A stretch of DNA of 64,000 nt from Isurus oxyrinchus (Eukaryota), in NCBI GenBank assembly GCA_026770705.1, contig JANJGN010000009.1, forward strand, positions 163,866,001 to 163,930,000, in the 5' to 3' direction. The notes under the pieces are model-generated. The model made no database searches, was not told the origin of the DNA, and worked only from the letters and a program-made list of their open reading frames with translations. This document shows, in pieces, positions 37,466 to 49,800 of the stretch (position 1 is its first letter; each line of letters begins with the position of its first letter). The position numbers were made by a program, and so were the translations under genes.

Positions 37466-37600
37466 NNNNNNNNNNNNNNNNNNNNNNNNNNNNNNNNNNN
37501 NNNNNNNNNNNNNNNNNNNNNNNNNNNNNNNNNNNNNNNNNNNNNNNNNNNNNNNNNNNNNNNNNNNNNNNNNNNNNNNNNNNNNNNNNNNNNNNNNNNN
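37466..37600. other. Assembly gap (135 N)
   Basis: Run of N. Confidence 1.
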
Positions 37601-38397
37601 CCTCAATCACCCACACACACACCCACACACAAATATCCTCAATCACCCACACACACACACACAAACGCAGTCAAACATATGCACACACACAAATATCCTC
37701 AATAACCCCACAAACACACGTACGCACAGACAGCAATATCGTCAATCACCCCACACACACACACACAAACCTAAGCACACACAGTAATATCCTCAATCAC
37801 CCCCACACATACACACACATACACACACAAACCTAAGCACACACAGTAATATCCTCAATCACCCCCACACACACACACATACACACACACACACAAACCT
37901 AAGCACACACAGTAATATCCTCAATCACCCCCAGACACACACACACACATACACACACACACAAACCTAAGCACACACAGTAATATCCTCAATCACCCAC
38001 ACACGCACACATACACACACACATACACACACACACACAAACATAAGCACACACAGTGATATCCTCAATCACCCACACACACACACACACACACATACAC
38101 ACACACACACACAAACATAAGCACACACAGTAATATCCTCAATCACCCCCACACACACACACATACACACACACACACACACACAAAAGTAAGCACACAC
38201 AGTAATATCCTCAATCACCCACACACACACACACACACATTCACACACACACACACAAACATAAGCACACACAGTAATATCCTCAATTAACCCCCCCCCA
38301 CACACACACACATACACACACACACACACACACACAAACATAAGCACACACACTAATATCCTCAATCATCCACACACATACACACACACACAAACAT
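37601..38397. repeat. CA-rich compound minisatellite (gtaatatcctcaatcaccc + (CA)n + aaac.taagcacacaca), unit about 55-70 bp
   Basis: About 13 tandem units beside the gap. Confidence 0.95.
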
Positions 38398-39199
38398 GGG
38401 AATGCGTGATTCAGTTCATTGTTGACATTCTTGATCCTCATTTGGCCCTGCAATATATCAGTGCACGAGCAATAAACATCAACAGATAAACGGGAAAAGT
38501 AACCAGTTTGGACCAGTACTACTTACATCACCAGTATTTCTGGCTGTTCCTACTGGGCGACCGGTAATACCGCTGATATTGACAGTTTTACTGGTCCTAC
38601 CTAGTTCAGAACTGGTCTTGATTTACCAGTTTGGAATTGGGATCTACTGGTACCAGTAATACAGGGACTTCCTTCGGGAATGATAATAAATGAATGTGCT
38701 TCTCAACTCACTGCATTGTCAACCTGAGGTCCATTGCTTTAGACATGTAAGAGTGAAGACTTTACCCATGTGGAACAGATTGCCTTTAGAGGCCTGAGTT
38801 TCCTTCCGGTTTCAATGGTTGAAAACTTTTTGTTGGTGAGGGTGGATGTTCAATCCTAAATGAACGTAGTTCAGTTTCAGCGCAGTTCATTAACTCCACA
38901 AATAATTTAACGGTTGATGACCAACGTAAATAAAGAGTTGAACTCTGAAAAAAATGTTTTCAAAGCTGTTGCACCTTGTCATGTAGATGGTGGCTTGAAA
39001 CCACAAGAAAAATGTGCTGCTATTGTTAGGATTGAGGTGTGACAGAAAGCTGTGAATGTACAACAGGTGTTAGTCACAAAATGAAGGGTTGTGTTTGCAA
39101 ATGGGAGAAGAAGAAGAATTGCATTGTTACAGGGCAAACACGTTGGCAGTAAGTGTTTGAAGGTTAAGCAGCTTCAGCTCAGAACAGACACTGCGACAC

Positions 39200-42100
39200 A
39201 TCAGGGAGAAGGAAAGTTACCTGGATTCTTTGTGCCAGGAGGCAATCACAGCTCTTAGGACAGGGTGAGTGTGACTGCGAGTGCGGCAGGTAAAGGGACC
39301 CAGAGGGCAGGAGCGCAGGAGCCTCAGCTTTTACAATTGTTCTACAGGTCTGAACTTTTCTCAGCTTGTTTAGACAAGAGCAGCGGGTGAGCAGGGGGGA
39401 TGAGCTAACTGACCATGGCACCATGGCACAGGAAGCCATCCAAGTGGGGGAAGCAAACAGGAATGTAGCGGTAGTGAGGGATAGTATATTCAGAGGGATT
39501 GACACCGTTCTCTGCAGCAAACAGCGTGAGTCCACACGAGCAAGTTGCCTGCCCGGTGCCAGGGTGTGGGATGTCGGCTCAGGGCTGGGGAGGAACTTGC
39601 ATTGGGAGGGGGAGCACCCAGTCATCGTGGTCCATGTAAGCACCAACAACATAGGCAGCACAGAGAAGGTGGTTCTGCACAATCAGTGTAAGGAACGAGG
39701 CACCAGATTAAGAAGCAGAACCACAAAGGTCATAACCGATGGATTATTACCTGAGCCATGTGCAAATTGCCACAGGACAAATCAGACTCAGGAGGTGAAT
39801 GTGGCTCAAAGGCTGGTGTGGAAGAAGTGGGTTCTGGTTTGTAGGGCACAACAACCAGTACTGGGGAAAGTGGGATCTGTACCATTGGGATGGTCTACAC
39901 CTGAACCGTGCTGGGACCAGTGTTCTTGCAAGCCACATAACTAGGGAAGTAGAGAGGGTTTTAAACTAAATAGTGGACAACAGATCATATTCGGGATAAT
40001 GTTGTAATTCAATGGGCAGAGACAAGTCAAAAGATAAAGGTATTATTAGGAAAAATGAAAAACAGACACTGACAAGGGGGTATAGTGAGAACAAATCTTA
40101 CAGTAAATCAACAGATGAAACTACAATTTATAAAAAGCATAAAAGGATAAATCTAAAAGCTCTGTATCTGAATGCACGTAGCATTCAAAACAAAACAGAT
40201 GAACTGAGAGCACACATAGAAATCAATAATTACAATTTGATAGCCATTACGGAGACTTGGCTGCAGGAGGACATGGATTGGGATGTGAATATAGAAGGGT
40301 ACAGGGTACTTAGGAAAGACAGGAAGCGAGGAAAAGGTGTAGCGGTGGTTCTGTTAGTGAATGATGGTATTAGTACAAGAGAGGAAGAAATAATTGGAGC
40401 TTGTCAGAAAGTCATGGTGATAATCATGGGAGTTTTTAATTTACATATAGAATGGAAAAGTCAGATGGCCAAAGATAGCCTAGCTGAGGAGTACATTGAA
40501 TGTTTTCAAGATAGTTTCTGAGAACGGCATGTTCTGGATTCAACCAGACAGCAGGCTATGCTAGACCTGCTATTGTGCAATGAGATGGGAGGAATTAACG
40601 ATCTCACCATGAAGATGCCCCTAGGAAACAGTGACCATAATAGGATGAATTTTACATTCAGTTTGAAGGAGAGAGGAGTGGGTCTGAGTCTAAGGCGGGG
40701 ATTTTTGGGCTCTGCTGCTGGTGGAACTCGCTGTGGGGGAGGCAGTTCCCCAGCCAGAAGCCCCGCTGACTTGCGACAGGATAGGAAGGGCCGGCGAGCG
40801 GGTGTGGAAAATCCCACTATAAGTTTTTAAACTTTAATAAGTGCAATTATAAGGACATGAAAGCTGGGATGGCTAAAGTGAATTGGCAAAATAGGTTAAG
40901 GGACAGGTCAATCGAGATGCAATGGCTCATATTTAAGGGGATATTTCAGAATGCACATTCCAACGAGTAAGAAAAAGTCTAAGTGACGGACACACCATCC
41001 GTGGTTAACTTGAATGTTTAAACATAGTATCAATCTCGAAGGAAAAGTATATAATTCTGCAAAGACAGGTGGCAGGTCAGAAGATTGGACAGAATAAAAG
41101 GAACAGCAAAGAATGACTAAAAGACTAATAAGAAGGGAAAATGTAGTTTATGAGAGAAAGGTAGCCAGGAATATATCAACAGATAGGAAGAGTTTTTATA
41201 AATATTTAAGAAAGAAAAGAATGAACAAACTATGTGTTGGTCCTATAGAAGCTGAGCCTGGAGAATTGATAATGGAAAACAAGGAGATGGCAGATGAATT
41301 GAACAGGCATTTTGCACCAGTCATATTGAAAATGTTAGAAGCTATTATTAAAGAAGTTATAGCAGGGCACTTGGATAAGTTCATGGTCATCAGGCAGAAT
41401 CAACATGGTTTTGTGAAAGGGAAATCTGTTCAACCAGTTTTTTGGAGTTCTTTGAGGAAGTAACATGTGCTGTGGATAAAGGCGAACTGGTGGATGTACT
41501 GTACTTAGGTTTCTAGAAGGCGTTTCATAAGTTATTGTGGAAAATAAAAGCTCATGGTATAGGGGGTCACATACTGGTATGGATAGAAAATTGTCTGGCT
41601 AACAAGAAACAGAGAGTAGGCATGAATGAGTCTTTTTTAGTTTGGCAAGATATAAGAGTGTTGTGGCACAGGGATCATTGCTGGGACCTCAACAGTTTGC
41701 ACTTAATATCAACGACTTGGATGAAGGGTTTGAAGGGATGGTTTCTGAATTTGCTGATGACACAAAAATAGGTAGAAAGTAAGTTGTGAGGGGGACATAA
41801 GGAGGCTACAAAAAGATATAGATAGGTTTAGACAGTGGGCACTGATCTGGAAAATGGAGTATAATGTGGGAAAATGTAAAATTGTCCATTTTGGCAGGAA
41901 GAATAAAAGAGAAGCATGTTATCTTAATGGTGAGAGATTGCAGAGCTCTGAGGTGCAGAGGGATCTGGCTGTCCTAGTGCATGAATCACAAAAGGTTAGT
42001 ATGGAGATACCGCAAGTAATTAGGAAAGCTGATAGAATGATTTCATTTATTGTGAGGGAGATTGAATTCAAAAGTAGGGAAGTTATTCTTCATCTGCATA

Positions 42101-42500
42101 GGGCACTAGTGAGACTACATTTGGAGGACTCTGTACAGTATTGGTCACATTATTTAAGGAAGGATGTAAATGCATTGGAAGCAGTTCAGAGAAGGTTTAC
42201 CAGGCTAATACCAGGAATGGGTGGATTGTCTAATGAGGAAACGTTGGACAGACTAGGCTTCTATCTGCTGGAGTTTAGAAGAGTAAGAGGCGAATTGATT
42301 GAAACATATAAGTTCCTGAGGGGAATTGACAGGGTGAGTGCAGAGAGGATGTTTCCTCTTGTGGGAAAATGTGGGGTCACCAATTTAGAACAGAGATTAG
42401 GTGATTTTTTTTAACTCAGAGGCTCGTGAGTCTTTGGAAATCTCTTCCTGAAAAGGTGGTGAAGGGGAGTCTTCGAATATTTTTAAGGCAGAGGTGGAGT
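39200..42500 (+). mobile_element. Decayed CR1 LINE with internal deletions: ORF1 SGNH/GDSL esterase, APE endonuclease, RT
   Basis: VVRDSIFRG..CLPGARV..VHVSTNNI; LYLNARSI..IAITETWL; FADD; LEAVQRRFTRLIPG. Confidence 0.9.
40693..40818. mobile_element. Short Harbinger-type MITE inserted in the CR1
   Basis: gcgggatttt...aaaatcccac inverted ends; GC-rich island interrupting the CR1. Confidence 0.5.
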
Positions 42501-42641
42501 GGCACAAATCAGCAGTAACTTGTGGCAATTCACGATTCATTGGCTTTTTTCTTCATCGCCAAAAGTTGCTGACTGATTTTCACATTAAAAGAGGTGTTCG
42601 TAGTTCATACCCCATTATATTTTCAGTAAGTTCTAGCCCAT

Positions 42642-43215
42642 TGTTATAGAATTGATTTTCCAGGCAACTTTTCTGGGTGGAAACATTGAACTTTATTTAC
42701 AAGACAGCAGCAGCAGCTACATGTGTGTATCTAACTCTATAACTAAAGGACAACTCCCCCATGGAGGTTCCCCATGCTGCAAACTGGTTGGATCACACAG
42801 ATCATGTTCTCTTACCAGAAAGGATTATTCTTAATGTTACAGTCCTACATTGATCAAAACTATAATTATTACATTCCTCACCCTTTACCTTTTCTGTACA
42901 TTTGTATTTACAAGGATGTTGATCTCATGACATTAAAATACTTCCACAGGTCATGAAATTATAAGCTTGGTCTTTCAAGTGGTTTCCTGATCCATGTGGA
43001 ACGTTTTAGTTTCACGACCTCAGATTCTCTGACAGGAACCACAGTCTCTGCAATAACATCAGGTACCTCATTAGGCACAGGCAGATCAGTGTCGTCCACT
43101 CCGACAGAGACATCGGGCATGACTATCCTTGGCTGTACAATTTTAACAGGAACCACAGGTTCAACAATGGCTACAATTGGAACATCATTTTGTGGGGTAT
43201 CTCCATTCTTTTTAA
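42642..43215 (-). mobile_element. Gypsy-like 3' end: pol tail, polypurine tract and 3' LTR (42642-42873)
   Basis: Minus strand: pol tail, PPT aggtaaagggtgaggaa, then a TG...CA LTR containing AATAAA. Confidence 0.65.
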
Positions 43216-43694
43216 ATCAATCAGATGCTAATGGGTGATCTACAAAGATTAGCAAATAAAACCAAAATGTTAAGAAATCTCTGTATTCAATTTGACAACT
43301 AAATTTCAGAAATGAAAAAAATACTTCTGTTCCTGTGGGGTTTGTGGAAATTGGGAGGGGGTTCCTGTTCTAACTCACCTCACAATTCAGTATAAATACT
43401 AGCTCAGCTCATCATTATCCATATGTTCTAACATTTTAACATTCTGGTTTTCAGGATTTTATATCCTCAATGAAAATTAGATTTGTTCTTTTGTTAAATA
43501 TAACTGACAGAAGTTCACGTTCTTAGGGCCAGATTTCATCAGATGCCTTAATATGGCTTCATGACCTGGCTTCCTGCTATCTTCTTCCTCATTTAAATTC
43601 CTTGTATCATTTATATTAGACACTTACTTCGATGTGAGAAACAAGAGCTGAGTGTCTGGAAACAAGTTCTGCCCTGATCTTTGTGAACAAAACG

Positions 43695-43731
43695 ATGTGG
43701 ATTTTGATTCTCCTCATTAGTTCTCTGCCCG
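43695..43731 (+). CDS. Receptor B exon 1, signal peptide
   Basis: Identical to 761-797. Confidence 0.9.
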
Positions 43732-45593
43732 GTGAGTGACAGCCAGAGCTGGATATTCCGATAATCTGAGTTGGTTTAACTCTCGTGCGCTGGTTATACA
43801 GCAGATGTTTAAATATTTGGAGACATGCAAAGGCACAAAAGAGGTCTTGGGCACAGTGGGTTGTGTCTCTGTATCTGAGCCAGAAGCTCTGTGTTTGAGT
43901 CCCACTTCAGTTCTTGTTGAGAATGGAAGGCGCGTTCTAACCAGGCCCAACAGGTTGATTATCAACCTGAAAATCTTCCAACAGACCGAAGGCTGGTGGG
44001 AAGAGGGTTTGAGATCCCAGTGCAACATGTTTGATGTGGAGTGGTGCCGCTCATTCTGTTGCCTCCGGAGGTTGTGACCTGTTCCAGGGAAAACAAGCTT
44101 TGGAAAGCAAAAGTAAACATGTGCTTTGTCTGCCGCATCCGTCTCTAGATGTGGGAAGTCTCCTAAGTCTAAAGGCACAAAATAGTCAGCAAAACCAAAT
44201 GAATAATAATTGTGAAATATATTATTACCCTGTGAATTTACTATCACACCATGGGAATAGTTAACAAATAAACTGAACTGCATTATTAATTATGAATGAT
44301 AAGTAAAGGAGAATTCAATTTTCAGAAATCTATGCAAGCAACATTTTGAAAATGAAAACCTGTTTTAATTGGTAATTTTCAATATAATCTGATGTCCAGT
44401 ATAGACTGAAAACTGCAGCGGTAATAATCCCACAAATAAAACATGTCCCAAGTTGGCGAATATTTCTGTTTTTTAAAGTACAGTTGATGAAATATTGTGT
44501 TATGAGGCTCTCTCAGTGACACTGTTCCTCACTGGTAGATGGTTGGTCTACATCACTCTTCTCATAAGTAGCCTTTTCTTGTTCATTCTTTAACTTTAAG
44601 AAACTTGATTTTCCTCATCACTCAGTATTGCCACCTCTCCATCATTTTCAATGAATGTATTTTATAACACACAATGTTAAACTCCCAGCCCCATCTGCTC
44701 TAAGCCACTACTTTAACTTCCGCAAAATATTTTGTGCCTCTAGCTTATCAATTTTATGCAGAATACTTGATGTACTTATGGACAGGAAACTGAATCATGT
44801 TTCTGTCGGTTTGGCAATCTTCTTCTTTTCAATCCTTCCTCTTTCTGATCTGATCTCTTTCCCATTTGCTTTTCAACTGTAACTTTTCCTGTATCTTTTT
44901 CCTTTTCTTCATTTCTCTCTAGCCATTTAATTATTTTCAATCTCTCTTTTGTTATTTTAGTGCAAACTCTTTCTCCACAGCATGAGTTTCTCTCCCAGCA
45001 AGGCCATTGGTCTCATGAACGTTCAAGTCAAGGCATCCAAATCCCTACCTCAGGAATCCATCCATCCTTCAAGGCCACCTATCACACAACCTCTCAAACC
45101 TTCAAGGCCTTCAAATCCTACCTATGGACATGCCTAACTCATTCAAGATCTGAACACCCCCTCCTGCAAGGACCCAAGCATCCCCCGCACCCCACCCACC
45201 TCAGATCAGAGCAGGGAACTGTCGGCTCCTGTGACCCCCTCCACACTGCTCCCCAACCAACTGCAAATCAGGCCTGTCAATCAGACTGGTTTCTGGAACC
45301 TCTTGATGATGTCATACGCAGTCTGGGGTTAAACCCTACAGTATGGGGCAGAACCTCAATTTCCAGGTTCCCCACACTCTACCAACCCCTGCCAATAAGT
45401 CAAGAAAATGCCCCAAATATCTCACAAGTAAATCATTGTCTGAGACGTGCTTTGGAACACAGTGAGGCTCTGATAAGTGTCTATATGAATGATTACTCTC
45501 ATCACAAACTTGATGGAATTTAACTCATTAAAATGCATCTGTTTGAATTAAGCAGTTATTTCCAGTTCAGTTTCTCAAATGTTGTCTCCTCAG

Positions 45594-45908
45594 TTTCAGG
45601 TGCATTGTGGGCAAAAAAAGAAGTAACAGGAGTTGTGGGAAGAGCGATCACAATAGAATGTCACTATGATGCACGTTACAAGTCACATATAAAATATTGG
45701 TGTTGCGGCTGGAGTCGCCAGTGTAATATTTTAGTATTGAAAAATCAGCAAAATGGAAGAATATCGATCACAGATAACAAGGCAACAGGAATATTTATTG
45801 TTACTATGGTGGATCTTCACTCAAGAGATACAGGATGGTACAGCTGTGGTATTGACAAACCTGGCCTCCTCGATTCAATGTTTGCTGTCTGGCTACAAAT
45901 ATCTTACG
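45594..45908 (+). CDS. Receptor B exon 2, V-type Ig domain
   Basis: No nucleotide difference from 2660-2974 seen; donor g|gtacat. Confidence 0.92.
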
Positions 45909-46807
45909 GTACATTTCTTACTGATTTTCTTTATTATTCTCAACTGAAATGTCTGCTCAATGTTTTATCTGGGAGGAAACATGACAGCTCCGATATCCCG
46001 AGGCTCCACAGCAATGCAGAGACTTAAAGGTAAAGGGCAGAGGTCGGGAAATCCAACTCATGTTACCCAAACCCAATTCATGGCCTGTCAAACATGTCAG
46101 AGTTGAACTTTACAAGTGAACTAAACGGAAATTGAGAAGTTGTTTTGATGGTAAAAGAAGCCTCTTTATTAATTGTTGAGACATTGGGCTGGATATTCAG
46201 CCTCAAAGCGGGTAGGGGCAATTCGGAAAATTCCCCGCTCGGCCTTGGAAGAAAGTGCCCACAAAGGTGGGATTTCCATTGCTGGGAGCTGTGCCCAGGC
46301 TGCAGTCTGGCCAGCCACACCAGGAAGAAATGCAGAGGCAGCCACAGGGACTGCCGGCTGCGGAGACGGGCTGTTTCAAAGGCCCCTCCTTAATGCCCTT
46401 GGACTTTGTAACAGCTAAACTCAAAACACAAAGGCCCTTCACCCCTCACCCCCCACAGCCCACAAAGAGGGTGGGTATAAGGGGAAAATTTGTCATGAGA
46501 GTTCTTGGAGGTGGGTGGAAGTGTACAGCTTGAAGTCAGGAGCATGATGGATTATAAGGTGTGGGTAAAGGGACATAGGGGGCATTAACGGCCAAACGTG
46601 ATGGATGAGGATGTGACTTGACATAGGGGGCATGAGATGGACCTTTTGAACTTAGCTCTTAAAAGGTCCCCTCATGCAAACCAGTGTTTACAGCTCCTCT
46701 GAGGGGCTTTGGACTACGACTCATTCAAAACCTGGCCCGAGTCCATGAAAATTGCAGAGGAGTAGGACGTGTCTGTCTCCACAATGGAGGCAGCCAGGTT
46801 GGAGTGT

Positions 46808-49800
46808 AAAAAACAAAAATACAAACAAAAAACTGCGGATGCTGGAAATCCAAAACAAAAAGTAAGAAATACCTGGAAAATCTCAGCAGGTCTGGCAGCA
46901 TCGGCGGAGAAGAGCACAGTTGATGTTTCGAGTCCTGATGACCCTTCAACAGAACTAAGTAAAAAGAAGAGAGGGGTGAAATATAAGCTTGTCTAAGGGG
47001 TGGGGGTGGGGGTGCGGGTGGATAGAGAAGTGGGGAGGTGGTTGTTGGGACAAGCAAGCAGTGATAGGAGGAGATAACCAAAAGATGTCACAGACAAAAG
47101 AACAAAGAGGTGTTGAAGGTGGTGATATTATCTAAAAGAATGTGCTAATTAAGAACGTATAGCAAGACAAGCAAGGTACAGATAGGTCATGTGGGGGTGG
47201 GGTGAAATAAGACTAAAAGGGCATAAAATGTATAGATAAATGATCAGTGGAATACATTAAAAATATTGCAAATAGGTGGGAAAAGAAAAATCTATATAAA
47301 TTATTGGAAAAAAGAAAAAGGATGGGGAAGAAATGGAAAGGGGGTGGGAATGGAGGAGGGAGTTCAAGATCTAAAATTGTTGATCTCAATATTCAGTCCA
47401 GAAGGCTGTAAAGTGCCTAGTCGGAAGATGAGGTGTTGTTCCTCCAGTTTGCGTTGGGCTTCACTGGAACAATGCAGCAAGCCAAGGAACAGACATGTGG
47501 GCAAGAGAGCAGGGTGGAGTGTTGAAATGGCAAGCGACAGGGAGGTTTGGGTCATTCTTGCGGACAGACCGCAGGTGTTCTGCAAAACAATCACCCAGTC
47601 TGCGTTTGGTCTTTCCAATGTAGAGGAAACTGCATTGGGAGCAACGAATGCAGTAGACTAAGTTGGGGGAAATGCAAGCGAAATGCTGCTTCACTTGAAA
47701 GGAGTGTTTGGGCCCTTGGACGGTGAGGAGAGAGGAATTGAAGGGGCAGGTGTTGCATCTTTTGCGTGGGCATGGGGAGTTGCCATAGGTGGGGGTTGAG
47801 GAGTAGAGGGTGATGGAGGAGTGGACCAGAGTGTCCCAGAGGGAACGATCCCTATGGAATGCCACCGGGGGGGTGAAAGGAAGATGTGTTTGGTGGTGGC
47901 TTCATGCTGGAGTTGGCGGAAATGGTGGAGGATGATCCTTTGAATGTGGAGGCTGGTGGGGTGATAAGTGAGGACAAAGGGGACCTTATCATGTTTCTGG
48001 GAGGGAGGAGAAGGCGTGAGGGTGGATGCGCGGTAGATGGGCCGGACACGGTTGAGAGCCCTGTCAACGACCGTGGGTGGAAAACCTCAGTTAAGGAAGA
48101 AGGAGGACATGTCAGAGGAACCGTTTTTGAAGGTAGCATCATTGGAACAGATGCGACGAAGGCGAAGGAACTGAGAGAATGGGATGGAGTCCTTACAGGA
48201 AGCGGGGTGTGAGGAGCTGTAGTCGAGGTAGCTGTGGGAGTCGGTGGGTTTGTAATGGATATTGGTGGACAGTCTATCACCAGAGATTGAGACACAGAGG
48301 TCAAGGAAGGGAAGGGAAGTGTCAGAGATGGACCATTTGAAAATGATGGAGGGGTGGAGATTGGAAGCAAAATTAATAAATTTTTCCAGGTCCAAACGAG
48401 AGCATGAAGCAGCACCGAAGTAATCATCAATGTACCAGAGAAAGAGTTCTGGGAGTGGGCCGGAATAGGACTGGAACAAGGAATGTTCCACATACCCCAT
48501 AAAGGGACAGGGGCTCATGTGGGTACCCTTAGTCACACCTTTTATTTGGAGGAAGTGAGAGGAGTTGAAGGAGAAATTGTTCAGCGTGAGAACAAGTTCA
48601 GCCAGATGGAGGAGAGTAGTGGTGGATGGGGATTGTTCGGGCATCTGTTCGAGGAAAAAGCTAAGGGCCCTCAGACCATCCTGGTGGGGGATGGAGTTGT
48701 AGAGGGATTGGATGTCCATGGTGAAGAGGAAACAGTTGGGGGCAGGGAACTGGAAATTGTTGATGTGACGTAAGGTGTCAGAGGAATCACGGATGTAGGT
48801 GGGAAGGGACTGGACAAGGGCAGAGAAAAAGGATTCAAGATAACGAGAAATGAGTTCCGTGGGGCAGGAACAGGCTGACACGATCAGTCTGCCGGGACAG
48901 TTCTGTTTGTGGATTTTGGGTAGGAGGTAGAAGCGGGCCGTCCGAGGTTGGGCGACTATCAGGTTGGAAGCTGTGGGAGGAAGATCCCCAGAGGGGATGA
49001 GGTCAGTGACAGTCCTGGAAACAATGGCTTGATGTTCAGTGATGGGGTCATGGTCCATGGAGAGGTCGGAGGAAGTGTCTGCGAATTGACGCTCAGCCTC
49101 TGTGAGGTAGAGGCCAGTGCGCCAGACAACAACAGCACCACCCTTGACAGCGGGTTTGATGACAATGTTGGGGTTGGATCTGAGGGAACGGAGTGCAGTA
49201 AGTCACAAAACAACTGTTTGCTGAAATGCTAAACAAAGATAAATATTGAGATAAAAGCAAAGAACTGCGGATGCTGGAAATGCAAACCAAAGACAGAAAT
49301 AGAAATATCTGGAAAAACTCAGCAGGTCTGGCAGCATCGGTGGAGAAGAGCACAGTTGATGTTTCGAGTCCTCATGACCCTTCAACAGAACTAAGTAACA
49401 ATAGGAAAGGGGTGAAATATAAGCTGGTTTAAGAGGAAGGTGGGTGCGTTGTTGGGACAAGAAGCCAGTAATAGGTGGAGATAACCAAAAGATGTCACAG
49501 ACAAAAGAACAAAGAGGTGTTGAAGGTGGTGATATTTTCTAAAGGAATGTGCTAATTAAGGGTAGAAAGCAGGACAAACAAGGTACAGATAGACCTAGTG
49601 GGGGTGGGGTGGGGTGAAGGAATACTAAAAATTCTAAAAATTAGAGATTAACAGTGGATGGAAATACATTTAAAAATAATGGAAATAGGCGGGAAAAGAA
49701 AACTCTATATAAACTATTGGAAAAAAACAAAAAGTGGAGGAAGAAACGGAAAGGGGATGGAGATGGCGGTTGGGGCCAGGGAACTGGAAATTGTTGATGT

